From: Squalus acanthias | Taxonomy: Eukaryota | DNA: 64,000 nucleotides | Assembly (NCBI GenBank): GCA_030390025.1 | Contig: CM059438.1 | Location: 62,250,001-62,314,000, forward strand | Direction of reading: 5' to 3' | Shown: piece after piece, positions 11,216-23,799 of the stretch | How the letters are laid out: each line of letters begins with the position of its first letter | Position numbering within the stretch: the stretch's first letter is position 1 | Position numbers and translations under genes: made by a program | Notes under the pieces: generated by a model | What the model was told of the DNA's origin: nothing | What the model saw: the letters and a program-made list of their open reading frames with translations, nothing else | The model's database searches: none

Positions 11216-11439
11216 ATTAACAGGCGATGGGTGAACTGCCAGCGTGAGACACTCTCCCCATAAGCAGCTCGCCAACTTGCAGGTGGAAAACCGGGAGGTG
11301 CATCCGCTTCTCAAGAGCCGGAAGCAGCTGCTGAAAGGGGGAGCTGCATTTTCTCTGCGACACAGAGAGAAGCAAAAGTGCGGAGCAGCAGACAACATGA
11401 GTTGAGCCCTATGCAGCACCTACAAGTACCTTCACAGGA

Positions 11440-12010
11440 TCATAGAATGATGCAGCACAGAAGGACTCCATTCGGCTCATCGTGCCTGTGCCGGCTCTTT
11501 GAAAGAGCTGTCCAATTAGTCCCACTCCCCCCTGCCCTTTCCCCATAGCCCTGCAAATTTTTCCCATTCAAGTATACATCCAATTCCCTTTTGAAAGTTA
11601 CTATTGAATCTGTTTCCACCGCCCTTTCAGGCAGTGCATTCCAGATCGCACAACTCGCTGCATAAAAAGATTTCTCATCTCCCCCTCTGGTACTTTTGCC
11701 GATTACCTTAAATTTGTGTCCTCTGGTTATCGACCCTTCTGCCACTGGAACAGTTTCTCCTTATTCAAAACCTTGCATGAAATGATGCCCTGTCTACCCA
11801 AGGCCAGGTCATTAATGTACATCAAAAAAAGCAGTGGTCCTAAAACCAACCCCTGGGGAACATCACTTCCCTCCAGTGTGAAAAACAACTGTTCACCACC
11901 ACTCTCTGCTTTCAGTCTCTTAGCCAATTTCATACCCACTCTGCCACTGCCCCTTTCATCCCATGGGCTTAATTTTGTTAACGAGTCAATTATGTGGTAC
12001 TTTATCAAAC
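11440..12010 (-). mobile_element. CR1 3' fragment with internal deletion
   Basis: VPQGLVLGPLLFLMYINDL and IWNALPERAVE motifs, plus a CR1 tail. Confidence 0.8.
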
Positions 12011-12399
12011 TTTTTCAAATCCTTGAAGATGAAAAGTCCCACAAACTATCGCAAGGAAAATGTTTCCTGGAGCTCCAGCCCGCTTCAGCTGGCAGAAGCT
12101 GAGGATCCCTTTAAATATCACTCCAAGTGGCCATCTCCCGATTGTGCAGCCCATGGTTGGTGGCTGGGAGCAGGAACAGGCTGTGAGGTCAGAAGATGAG
12201 ATCGAGGTCTAAATGATCTCACATGACCCCCCTATTTGCCTTTTATTCATGAGGCTCCCGCCGGGACTCATCTCTGCCCGAAAATTGGACTACACGGAAA
12301 AGCGGCCATGAGTGGGTTGGACTCGCAGTCACTTTATTTCTGGGCCATTACCAAGCCCATTTGTGAGGGTAAATGGAGCAGGAATGAGACAAAAATCAC

Positions 12400-13315
12400 C
12401 TTCTCCATCCTATTCAATCCCGAGCTGAACTTCTGACCCCATATCCTCTCCATCACAAAGACTGCCTCCATCTACTTCCATTCAATTGCCCACCTCAGCC
12501 CATCTGCTGCTGAAACCCTCATCCATGGCTTTGTCCCCTCCGGACTCGACTATATGAATGCTCTCCCATTCTCCACCCTCTATAAACTTAAGCTCATCCA
12601 CAACTCTGCTGCCTGCATCCTAACGCACACTGTCCCGTTCATCCATCGCCCCTGTGCTTGCTGACCTACACTGGTTCCCAGTCCACCAACACCTCCAATT
12701 TAAAATTCTCCTCCTCGTGCCTAAATCCCGCCATAGCCTCGGCCCTCCCTATCTCTGTAACCTCCTCCAGCCCTACAACCCTCCGAGAACTCTGCATTTC
12801 ATCAGCTCTGGCCTTTTGTAGAGCCCACGTTCCCTTTGTCCCACCATTGGCGGGCGGGCCTTCAGCTGATTGGGCCCTTTGCTCTGTCATTTCCTCCCTG
12901 AACCTTTCTGCCTCTCCACCTCTCTCCTCCTTTAGGAACGTTCTTGAAGCACATCTCTTTGACCATGCTTTTGGGCACCCTTCCCAATATCTCCTTCCTT
13001 GGTCCGGCATCCATTTTTATCTGATAACACTCCTGTGAAGCACCTTAAGAACATAAGAACATAAGAAATAGGAGCAGGAGTAGGCCAATTGGCCCCTCGA
13101 GCCTGCTCCGCCATTCAATAAGATCATGGCTGATCTGATCCTAACCGCCAATCTACTATCACAGAACCATCTCCTGAACCTAACAGAATTGGACACACAA
13201 AATAGGAGCAGGATCAGGCTACACGGCCCCTGGGCCCGCTACGCTACCCACAGGGCCATGACCGATCCGAACCTAGACTCGTTTATCTACATTAAAGGCA
13301 CCATATAAATGCAAA
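12400..13315 (+). mobile_element. Decayed L2 3' end with a CR1-tail insertion (~13047-13278)
   Basis: Collinear with the L2 at 37430; its tail is interrupted by AAGAACATAAGAACATAAGAAATAGGAGC. Confidence 0.7.
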
Positions 13316-13599
13316 TTATGGATTAAAAGCATTAATGGATGGTGGGACTCAACAGAGTCTATTGGGGTTGAGTTAGGAAATAATTAGGGATTCTTCACCA
13401 TATTGGGAGTGCATTATATACCACCAAATAATGGGAAAGGAATCAGGGGTGAGATTTGTAGGTCATTTTGCAGTAGTAACAGATTTGTAATAATAAGGGG
13501 GGGCTTTATAAGGTAGGCTGAGATAAGAAATGTTTGTGTATCAAAATGGGGAGGGCTTCTTAGAATGAATCTGGTACTGCACACTCTCGACCTCTCCTT

Positions 13600-14544
13600 T
13601 CACCAACTCAATCTATACCCTGGCTGTGTTGGTCCTCAGTTCCACATCATCCTTCACCTCATCCAATGCTTTAACAAAATAATAGATTTCTTCCTTTAAG
13701 AACCAGAAGGTCAAGAAACTCTCGGATGCCAGTCCTCCCCTGATCCCGCTTCTCTTTACCCACTTTTGACCCCATCGCTCCCAACCTCACTCCTTGCTGG
13801 ATTTTCACTATCGCTTCTGCCCTTCCCCATTCTGACCCAGAACGATCTGTCCTCAGCAAAAGCCTTCATTTCATCCCCTAACCCCCTGCCCCCCTCTCCC
13901 ACTCACTGCATCTCAACAAATTCCGAGCCTGACATAATCCTCTCCCGCTGCCTTGGTGCCTTTTTATTCTGGCTAAAAGACTCGTTTCTCTCCCCCCCGC
14001 CCACCCCTCACCCTCCTGAGTCTGACTCCTCCTGTCTGCAGTTTCTCCTGGACCCCTTGCTCTAGTGTCTTGGTTTCTCTCGACCTTTTCATTGAGAACT
14101 GTCACTGGTGCATTGGCCATCTCAGTTTCTCTAGGCCCCTTACCCACTCCAGTCGAACTTGCTGCTCTCTGTTCTCTCAGCTCCAACTCTGATGCCATCC
14201 TTCAACCTGCTGACCAAGGAGGTGCTGCTGTTGTAAGGCGGAAAGGCCTCTGAGGCTGAATGTCAACGTTCTGATGACTCTTCTCCCTCACTATCTCCGG
14301 CTGAACCTTAAGCCTACTGCTGAGCACTAAGTCGTCATTTCCAGATTGTTACCAATCTCATTTCTTCCAGGGACCTTCCCTCCAACGCCTTCAATCTCAT
14401 AGTTCCCCAAAACCAACACAGCCCGTCTCCACCTCTCCCTGTAGAGCGACTGTTCCAGTCTGTTCCTGTCCCATTGAGCTCATTTCCTCTTATCTGGACT
14501 TTACCCTTAGTCCCTTGTCCAGTCCTACCCATTATATATTACTC
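13600..14544 (+). mobile_element. Ancient Penelope-like RT fragment (host of the Gypsy insertion; appears to continue at ~18841-18985)
   Basis: ALCSLSSNSDAILQPADQGGAAVV resembles the PLE motif IKPADKGGAVVV; heavily decayed. Confidence 0.5.
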
Positions 14545-14776
14545 TGTTGTGGCTGCCGCGAAGCATGAATTGAGGCCGAGTCAATATGTGGAACACATGG
14601 CTTTTAATTACATCTCTTCCGGTGAAAATGGCTGCTACCACATTTCTCTGCAAAACCCTGAGCCCACTCCTTTTTCCCTGCCTTAAAGGCAGCATGCGCC
14701 TTAAAGGCAAGGTGCCCGATTTATTGTCCACGGACGGAAAAGTGGATTGCGCCCGTTTAGGTGGCGATCCGCCACA
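14545..14776 (-). repeat. 3' LTR (232 bp)
   Basis: Direct repeat of 18603-18840. Confidence 0.95.
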
Positions 14777-14796
14777 CAGCTCCCCCCAGAATCCGC

Positions 14797-17700
14797 TTAG
14801 GAGGTGTGGACGAGACGGTGCGGCGGTCTGATGGGCCGGCCGGAGCGGCTCTTGTAGGACGCCGGTGGACGTGGAACGGCCGGGCGTGGAGCAGCCGGGT
14901 GAACTGGCTTGAGGGCAGGTCGGCCGCATGGCGGTGGACGAGCTACAGGGACCTGCTCAGCGGGCTCCGAGTGTGCTGGCTTGAGTCGGTCAACCGACAC
15001 TTTTTCGGTCCTGTCGCCCACTTGCAGGGTGAAAAATTTGTCCCCAGCCTGTAGCACCTTGTAGGGCCCGTCGTACGGGGGTTGAAGGGGTCCGCGGTGG
15101 GCGTCGTGCCGGACGAAAACAAACCGTGCCTGGTGCAGGCTTAGTGGGACGTGTGAGGTGGATTCGCCGTGTCGGGCAATGGGCACCGGGGCGAACTGTA
15201 GCGCCGGTGAGGCGAAGTCGTGGCATTGCTGGTTGGCTGACCAGGGTGTCGTGGCGGTGGGCAGGAGCTCGCCGGGTACGCGCAGCGGCTGACCGTACAC
15301 GAGCTCTGCTGCCGATGCGTGGAGGTCTTCTTTAACCGCGGTGCGCAGGCCGAGGAGGACCCATGGGAGTCGGTCAGTCCAGGCGCCGTCTGGAGGCTGG
15401 CTCGAAGAGATGCCTTCAAGGATCTGTGGAACCGCTCACACAGTCCGTTGGCTTGGGGGTGGTACGCTGTGGTGCAGTGAATGGTCACCCCGAGATTGCG
15501 TGCGACGGCGGTCCAGAGTTCAGAGGTAAATTGTGGACCTCTGTCCGACGTCATGTCGGAGGGGACGCCGAACCGTGCGACCCAGGTGCTGATGAAGGCT
15601 CTGGCGATGTCGGCGGTGGTGGTAGAGGTCAGTGGAATTGCCTCGGGCCAGCGCGTGGTGCGGTCAACGATCGTCAGCAAGTGCGTGTGGCCTTGCGACG
15701 GTGGCAGGGGCCCAACGATGTCCACGTGGATGTGGTCGAATCTACGCGAAGGGACGGTAAACTCCTCGAGGGGTGCTTTCGTGTGTTGCTGCACCTTGGC
15801 CCGTTGGCAGGCTAGGCAGAAGTTGGCCTGAGTACGCACATCCTTGCGAAGGCCGCGCCAGACAAAGCGGTTGGCTACCAATTTGATGGATGCGCGGGCG
15901 CCGGGGTGGGAGAGGTTATGGAGAATCTCGAATACCCGGCGGCGCCAGGACGCTGGGACGACGGGCCGAGGTTGACATAGGGATACGTCGCACTTGACCA
16001 TGACTGCGGTCGGGCCACAGGCGACGTCGGCCAGGCGTAGCCCTGGTAGGTTGGTAGGTGCAGAGAGCAGATCAGGGTCGGTGATCTGGTCTGCTGCGAG
16101 TTGAGCGTAGTCGACTGCCAGGTGTGCGGCGTGGATGGCGGGGCGGGAGAGGCAGTCGGCTACCACATTGTCTCGGCCGGAGACGTGTTGGATGTCCGTG
16201 GTGAACTCGGACACTGCCGCGAGCTGGCACTGCTATCTGGCGGACCAGGGGTCGGTTGTCTTTGTCATTGCGAATGTCAGGGGTTTGTGGTCGACAAACG
16301 CAGTGAAGGGGTGGCCCTCCAGCAAAAACCGAAAATGGCGGACCGCCAGGAACAGCGCGAGGAGCTCGCGGTCGAAGGTGCTGTACTTGAGCTCCGGGGG
16401 GGCGTAGTTGGCGGCTGAAGAAGGCAAGTGGTTGCCAGGCGCCGTCGACCCACTGCTCATACACGGCGCCGACCGCGTGGTCGGAGGCGTCCGTGGTGAG
16501 CGCTACCCTGGCATTGGGCCGTGGGTGCGCGAGCAGGGTGGCGTTGGCGAGCGCGGTCTTGGTGGAGTCGAAGGCGGCTGACGCGTCTGCCGTCCATTCG
16601 ACCGCCATCTTGCCGCTCCTGCCCCGGAGGGCTTCATACAGGGGCCTCATGAGGGACGCCGCTTTGGGGATGAAGCGGTTGTAGAAATTCACCATCCCGA
16701 GGAACTCCTGGAGGCCTTTGATGGTGGTGGGGCGGGGAAATTGTTGGACGGCCTGCACCTTGGTGGGCAGGGGAATGGCCCCAGCATGGGTGATGTGGTG
16801 GCCGAGGAAGTCGATCTTGTCCAGGCCGAACTGGCATTTGGCTGGGCTGAGGATGAGCCCGTGGTCGCTGAGGCGCCCGAACAGGATGCGAAGGTGTTCG
16901 AGGTGTTCCTGCTTGGAGGAACTGGCTACCAGGATGTCGTCCAGGTAGATGAACAGGAACGTCAGGTCCCGAAGGACCGAGTCCATGAGCCGTTGGAATG
17001 CCTGGGCCGCGTTTTTGAGGCCGAAGGGTATCCGCAGGAACTCGAAAAGGCAGAAGGGACGTCCGCGGGGTGGACGGGGACTTGGTGGTAGCCGCGCACC
17101 AGGTCGACCTTGGAAAAGACTGAGCGGCCGGCCAGTCTAGCCGAGAAGTCCTGGATGTGCGGCACGGGGTACCGATCAGGGGTGGTGGCGTCGTTGAGGC
17201 GGCGGTAATCCCCGCAGGGGCGCCAACCCCCGCCTGGTTTGGGGGCGATGTGGAGTGGGGAGGCCCAGGAACTGTTGGAGCGGCGGATGATGCCGAGCTG
17301 TTCCATGGTGGCAAACTCGGTCCGCGCGATCTCCAGTTTGGTCGGGTCCAGCCTGCGGGCGTGGGCGTACACTGGGGGGCCTGTGGTGGGGATGAAGTAT
17401 TCCGCCCCGTGTTTGGCGGCCTCCACGGAGAAGGTCGGATTGATAAGGGCCGGGAATTCGGCCAGGAGTGCCGAGTAGTCATCCGTGGCCTGGGCATGGC
17501 ACTGTGACGCCATGTCGGCGGGTTGACGGGGGGCCATGGCGCCCAGGATGGGGGACATGGTGTTCATGTCCACGAGGCGGTGTCGAGGGATGTCTACCAG
17601 TAGGCCGTGGGCGCACAGGAAATCTGCGCCAGTGAGAGGGGAGAGCACCTTGGCAGTGATGAACTCCCATCGGTAGCGGCGACCAGCGAGATCGAGGGTG

Positions 17701-18562
17701 ACTGTGCGCGTGCCGTACGTCTGGATGTCCGAGCCGTTAGCAGCAGCCAGCGCCGGTCCTCGTTTGCCCTTTTGGATGTCGAGGGCGGAGGCCGGGATGA
17801 TGCTGTGCTGAGCTCCAGTGTCACACAGGAACCGGCGGCCGGTTTTGTCATCCGTGACTTACAGCAGGGAGCCCGCGTGGCCCACGGCCATCGCGGGGGC
17901 TGGTACGGGGGCGGACTTGAAAGAGCAGGGAGGTGTGCACCGTTGTGCCCTGGCGCCGAACCGTGTGTGGTAGTAACAGTGGCCCGGGTTAGTGGGGCGC
18001 GAAGGCCCCGTGAGCCCGGTGGCTGGGCCTTTTGGCCGCGTGGTGGCCGGTGAGGGGCGCGCCCAGGCACTGGCTGCCAGGTCCGGAGTGACGTCGCGGC
18101 TGGAGTGAGCGGACAGCAGCTTGTCGGCCTCATCGGCCAGGGCTTCCAGGTCCGTGAGGCCGGACGCCACGATCGCTGGGCGGATGCTGAGAGGTAGCTG
18201 GCGGATGAACAGCGTGCGGAAGAGGGATCCGGGTGGGCTCTCGTCGGTGAGGGAGAGCATGTGGGAGAGGAGATCTGATGGTGAGGCATCACCGAGGCCT
18301 GGAAGGTCGAGGAGGTGGCAGTTTTTTTAATGAGCGCGACCTTAAGATGTGCATACTTGCCCTCCTCTGGTGGGTTCTGCAGCGCTGTCCAGACCTTCGT
18401 AACTGTGGAGCTACCGAGTGATGTGACGAGGTAGTCGTACTTTGTCCCATCTGTGGTGATGAGTCGCAGCCAGAATCGTGACTCGGCTTGGAGGAACCAG
18501 GCTTCGGGCTGGTTTTCCCAAAACTCCGGCAGTTTCACGGAAACTGCGTTCGTGTCCGACAT
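14797..18562 (-). pseudogene. Disrupted gag-pol of the Gypsy element
   Basis: Gag VSVKLPEFW and CYYHTRFGARAQRCTPPC; protease FLCDTGAQ; RT FIYLDDILV; RNase H TTDASDHAVGA; integrase HVDIVGP, SDRGPQF, ANGLCERFH; GPY motif. Several frameshifts and an in-frame TAA at 17859-17861. Confidence 0.92.
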
Positions 18563-18602
18563 TGCAGTGCTCGGAATACGTTCTGAGCGTCGGGGTCACC
18601 AA

Positions 18603-18840
18603 TGTTGTGGCTGCCGCGAAGCACGAATTGAGGCCGAGTCAATATGTGGAACACATGGCTTTTTATTACATCTCTTCCAGTGAAAATGGCTGCTACCACA
18701 TTTCTCTGCAAAACCCTGAGGCCCCGCCCACTCCTTTTTTCCTGCCTTAAAGGCAGCATGCGCCTTAAAGGCAAGGTGCCCGATTTATTGTCCACGGACG
18801 GAAAAGTGGATTGCGTCCATTTAGGTGGCGATCCGCCACA
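18603..18840 (-). repeat. 5' LTR (238 bp)
   Basis: Differs from the 3' LTR by about 6 substitutions and one 6-bp indel (manual count). Confidence 0.95.
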
Positions 18841-18987
18841 ACTCTACCCTTTCCCTTCTTGTCCCGGCCCTACCGTGCCCCTTATAATCTAGACTCCTCC
18901 AACGCCCTCTGCCACTGCAGCCTCTATCACCTCCTTTCCGCCATGGGTTTCCGGTTCCCTCTACTCTTCGGTCACACCCAATTACCC

Positions 18988-19190
18988 CATGGGATATTTT
19001 ACGTCCACCTGAGCAGGCGGAAGGGGCCTCGGTTTGACAACTCATCCAAAAGGTGGCACCTCCAACAATGCAGTACTCCCTCAGTGCTGCACTGAAGTAC
19101 CAGCCTAAATGATGTGCTCAAGAGTGGGGCTTGAACCCACAACCTTCTGATTTAGAGGCGAGGCTACCAGCACTGAGCCAAGCTGACACG
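18988..19190 (-). mobile_element. Deu-domain SINE, 5' half
   Basis: Reverse complement of the tRNA-like head of the 22138 copy. Confidence 0.75.
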
Positions 19191-20054
19191 ACGATCCTCT
19201 TGCCGCTGATTGTACTCCTTCTGATAGCTCGCTAAATGCACGGCCCAGTGTGGCACTGAACTACGAAGACTGGAGGTGCCCGGGCCAATTGCAGGACCGC
19301 GCTGAGTTAGTTGATCTCAGCTGGGAGGTCAATAGGGGGCGCGCTGCGTTTGGTCTTAGCAATCCCGGGCTCAGAAGGTGGAAATTCAGCCAGGGTTTCG
19401 CGCTACTGGTCGCTAGCCAGTGCCAATGGGGGGCATCAGGTGAGGGCAACGATCAGGCCTGGCTGTGTTATCCACGGGACCCCCCACAGCCGAATAGTCT
19501 GCCAACAAATGGACATGTAGACGTGGTACTAGAGGCCTGTTGTGACCGGAACCATATATATCCCAGCGTAAGTCTATGCTTTGAGCAGCAGACGAGATAA
19601 AATTGGTAACCGTTACAGATGCAACTACCCCAGCGAACTGATGGATAAATGACCCGCTGTGCACAGTGGTGTAACTGTAGCATTCAGTGTTGGCAAAGCG
19701 CTAAATGGATTCGAAAGAGTGAGAATTATCAGAGGTACAGTAACAGATTGAAACTATTTGAAATTGGGTTTTTTTTCAATAGAAAGAGGTCCATTAATAA
19801 AATCCTGGCTCCACAGGAGGTCATACTAACGGGCAATATCGGATCGGCTGCCCGTTATACACCCCGGCTGTTGACTTTTAACGCTGGGGAAAATCGGGCT
19901 GGTCATATAACAGGCAGACTACCGGATATCACCTGCTTTACGCCACTGACGAAAGTTAAAATTACCCCCCCACCCCCAATAATGTTGTAATACCATTGGG
20001 GCACCACTGGAGGTCAGGCTTGGACAACAAGCATCGGTCCTCAGCAGCGATGAG

Positions 20055-20166
20055 GTTGCCATGGAAACACAACGAGGTGGGTTGACATTTGGATCGCCAG
20101 AAGAGTCAGCGGTGAGAAAAGGTCACGTGACTCATCAAAGCTCAGCCTCCAGTTCAATGACTCAGC
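20055..20166. promoter_or_regulatory. Candidate enhancer motif cluster (RFX X-box, CLEAR/E-box, AP-1/ARE)
   Basis: GTTGCCATGGAAAC at 20055-20068; GTCACGTGAC at 20122-20131 overlapping TGACTCA; TGACTCAGC at 20158-20166; sequence not recognisably repeat-derived. Confidence 0.45.
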
Positions 20167-20486
20167 TGTTGCGCTACCTCACTGCTTTTTTTGAGCGACC
20201 CAAATGTTATTTGCCTTGACGATTGTGTTTCGCATTTTATTCCAAAAATCTCTCACTCTTGGGGGGGTGGGGAGCACGGAATTTTCGATTTCGATGGATG
20301 GAAAATCACGGCCTACCCCCACCAGCCTGCACTCCCACCAGCCTGCACTCCCATAATCAGCCCCCTTCAGCCAAGACATTTTTCGCCATAGAATCACGCA
20401 GCAGAGAAGGTGGCCATTCGGCCCATCGTGCCTGTGCCGGCTCTTTGAAAGAGCGATCCAATTAGACCCACTCCCCCCTGCTCTTT

Positions 20487-21812
20487 CAACAACAACAACA
20501 ATGTGTATTTATATAGCACCTTTAACGTAGCAAAACGTCCCAAGGCGCTGCACAGGAGCATCATAAAACAATATCTGACACCGAGCCACATAAGGATTTT
20601 AGGGCAGATGGCCAAAAGCTTGATCAAAGAGGTAGGTTTTAAGGAGCGTCTTAAAGGAGGAGAGGGAGGTAGAGAGGCGGAGAGGTTTAGGGAGGGAATT
20701 CCAGAGCTTAGGGCCCAGGCAGCTGAAGGCACGGCCGCCAATAGTGGAGCAATTAAAATCGGCGATGGTCAAAAGGGCAGAATGGGAGGAGCAGAGATCT
20801 CGGGGGGTTGTGGGGCTGAAGGAGGTTACAGAGATAGGGAGGGGCGAGGCCATGGAGGGATTTGAAAACAAGGATGAGAATTTTGAAATCGAGGCGTTGC
20901 TTAACTGGGAGCCAATGTCGGTCAGCGAGCACAGGGGAGATGGGTGAACGGGACTTGGTGCGAGTTAGGACACGGGCAGCCGAGTTTCAGATGACCTCAA
21001 GTTTATGGAGGGTAAAATGTGGGAGGCCAGCCAGGAGAGCGTTGGAATAGTCAAGTCTAGAGGTAACAAAGGCATGGATGAGGGTTTCAGCAGCAGATGA
21101 GCTGAGGCAGGGGCGGAGACAGGCGATGTTACGGAGGTGGAAATAGGCGTTTTTACTGATAGCGTGGATATGTGGTCAGAAGCTCATTTCAGGGTCAAAT
21201 ATGACACCGAGGTTGCGAACAGTCTGGTTCAGCCTCAGACAGATGTTAGGGAGAGGGATGGAGTCGGTGGCTAGGGAACGGAGTTTGTGGCGGGGACTGA
21301 AGACGATGGCTTCGGTCTTCCTAATATTTAGTTGGAGGAAATTTCTGCTCATCCAGGACTGGATGTCGGACAAGCAGTCTGACAATTTAGAGACCGTGGA
21401 GGGGTCGAGAGAAGTGGTAGTGAGGTAGAGCTGGGTGTCATCAGCGTACATGTGGAAACTGACGCTGTGTTTTTGGATGATGTCGCCAAGGGGCAACATG
21501 TAGATGAGAAATAGGAGGGGGCCAAGGATAGATCCTTGGGGGACCCCAGAGGGAACAATGCGGGAGCGGGAAGAGAAGCCGTTACAGGTGATTCTCTGGT
21601 TACGATTAGATAGATAAAAATGGAACCAGGTGAGTGCGGTCCCACCCAGCTGGACGATAGTGGAGAGGCGTTGGAGAAGGATGTAGTGGTCAACCGTGTC
21701 AAAGGCTACAGAAAGGTCGAGAAGGACGAGGAGGGATAGTTTACCTTTGTCACAGTCACACAGGATCTCATTTCTGACTTTGATAAGAGCCGTTTCGATA
21801 CTGTGGCAGGGG
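20487..21812 (-). mobile_element. L2 LINE 3' 1.3 kb, inserted into a CR1 tail (~20388-20486 and ~21813-21925)
   Basis: RT motifs LLDLSVAFDTVDH, GVPQGSILGP and MYADDTQLY; (TTG)n tail. Confidence 0.9.
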
Positions 21813-22137
21813 CCACATAGCCCAGCAAATTTTTCCCTTTTCAAATACTTATCCAATTCCCTTTTGAAAGTTACTATTGAATCTGCTTCCACCACCCTTT
21901 CAGGCAGTGCATTCCAGATCATAATATCTGTTCTAAATTTACTTTCCATTTATTTCAATTTGTGTTGTTTGTTCCGATTTTCTTCTGGATTTACCATATC
22001 TAGTTTATGAACTTCAATGAAGTCCAACCTGAACGATCTTTTTTATAGGTTACAAAGAAGCTTCTGTAATTTCTCATCAGGGCTCATCCCCTTTACACCT
22101 GGGTTCAGTCTTTACACTCTTCTCTGCACGCTACCCG

Positions 22138-22610
22138 GTGTCAGCCTTGGCTCAGTGGTAGCACTCTCGCCTCTGTGTCAGGAGATTGTGGGTTCATAGT
22201 CCCACCCCAGTGACTTGAGCATCTATTCTAGGCTGACGCTCCAGTGCAGTACTGAGGGAGTGCTGCACTGTCAGAGGTGCCGTCTTTCGGATGAGACGTT
22301 AAAGCGAGGCCCCCGTCTGCTCTCTCCGGTGGATGTAAAAGATCCTGCGGCACTATTTTGAAGAGGAGCGGGGGAGGTCTCCCCAGTGCTGCGGCCAATA
22401 TTTGTCCTTCAACCAACATCGCTAAAAAAATACAGATTATCTGGTCATTATCACGTTGCTCTTTGTGGGAACTTGCTGTGCGAAAATTGGCTGTTGCATT
22501 TCCTACATTACAAAATTGATTACACTTCAAAAGTACTTCATTGGCTGTAAAGTGCTTTGGCACGTCCTGAGGTTGTGAAAGGCGCGATATTAAAGTCTTT
22601 TTATTTCTCT
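22138..22610 (+). mobile_element. Full-length tRNA-derived Deu-domain SINE (SacSINE1-like) with L2-like tail
   Basis: Box A TGGCTCAGTGG, box B GGTTCATAGTCC, Deu-like core GGTGCCGTCTTTCGGATGAGACG; tail resembles the L2 3' end. Confidence 0.8.
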
Positions 22611-23799
22611 CTTTTCCGAATGCAAGAATATTTTTCCTTTAGTAATAAGATAGGTAGTAAACCTTTCACCCTGTATGCTTGGATTCCATTTCAGATTCAG
22701 GCACACAAACTGCTTTTCATATAAATATATACATATTCTCGAATGGAATCTAAAGCTAATTACATTTCCGATATTACACATTCAGCCAAGGCAGATGGCT
22801 ACAGAGTGACAGATGGAAAGACCCTGGGCCACAGAATGACGAGCTGGCTTTGTGCCGGCAATTCCTCATACACCTGAAATGCCAGCTGAGCATTGGGAGG
22901 AGTGTGGAGAGGGTGGGGGCGGGGGGTTGGGGGAGGGCCGGGGGTTTGCGGGGATATGGAGAAGAGGTGCCCTTGGCTGTTGTTGTGCACCTGCTTGCAG
23001 AGGCCTGTTTCCGATTCCGTGTACAAGCTGACCCTCAGGCGTTCAGCCTGACTCTCACACGTTTCAGATACGTTTCATCTCTCGCCCGTCCATACCAAGT
23101 TCCCACGCAATTTAAAACGTTAACGTGCTCTCCGTCTCTTGCTGCATGTTCACTGGGTGGTGATATTGGGGTTCAACCAACCACTCACAAATCTATAGCA
23201 TCGTTAGTGCAGAGAAACACCCTCAGATGCTTCACAGAGAGGCTGATTGGACACCAAGCAGCAATTAGGCAAAGGTCAGGGGAGGAGACCAAAGTCAAAG
23301 AGGTAGCAAGGTGGAGGGGTTTAGGGAGGGAGCTTCAGCATTTGATCGCCAGCAGTGGAGCAGAGTGAGTGTGGGGTGGACAGGAGCCTGGACTCAGAAG
23401 AGTAGAGGGTGTGAGCTAGATGTAGGGCTGGAGGAAGTAATAGAAGGAGGGGGATTGAGATATTGGAGGAATTTGTCAACATGGACAAGGACCATGAAAT
23501 CAAAGTGTTGGGAGCCAGAAGGGCTGACAAGAATGAGGGGATTGGGTGAGCAGGGCTAGTACAGTATAGGGTGCAGGCAACTGAATGCTGGATGAGTTGC
23601 AGGAGGGAATTTGAGAGGCCAGCAAAGTGGACATTGGAAGAACCGACCCGGGAAGTTACATTTTTTTAACTATTTCACGGGCGTCGCTGGCAAGGCCAGC
23701 ATTTATTACCCATTCCTAATTGCCCTTGAGAAGGTGGTGGTGAGCCGCCTTCTTGAACCGCTGCAGTCCGTGTGGTGAAGGTGCTCTGACTGAACCCCA

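Larger units (their letters stand above)
14545..18840 (-). mobile_element. Full-length Ty3/Gypsy LTR retrotransposon, CsRn1-type (4296 bp)
   Basis: TG...CA LTRs at 14545-14776 and 18603-18840; 4-bp TSD ACTC; PBS TGGTGACCCCGACG (tRNA-Trp) next to the 5' LTR; purine tract GGGGGGAG next to the 3' LTR; PR-RT-RH-IN order. Confidence 0.96.

Noticed and set aside
11283..11405. Alternative PNPLA7 last exon containing SLRHR
   Set aside because: Only a short motif match and poor acceptor context; kept as an alternative, not called.
14800..18600. GC-rich block as bacterial contamination or a host CpG island
   Set aside because: Bounded by LTRs with a TSD and encodes Gypsy gag-pol; overlapping alternative ORFs reflect high GC.
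22138..22215. tRNA gene
   Set aside because: Box A and box B belong to a SINE head; no complete cloverleaf, and it continues into the SINE body.
22774..22873. Possible minus-strand terminal exon (CMRNCRHKASSSFCGPG...LNV*)
   Set aside because: Weak pyrimidine tract, no recognisable homology or partner exons; the nearby AATAAA is part of a SINE tail.
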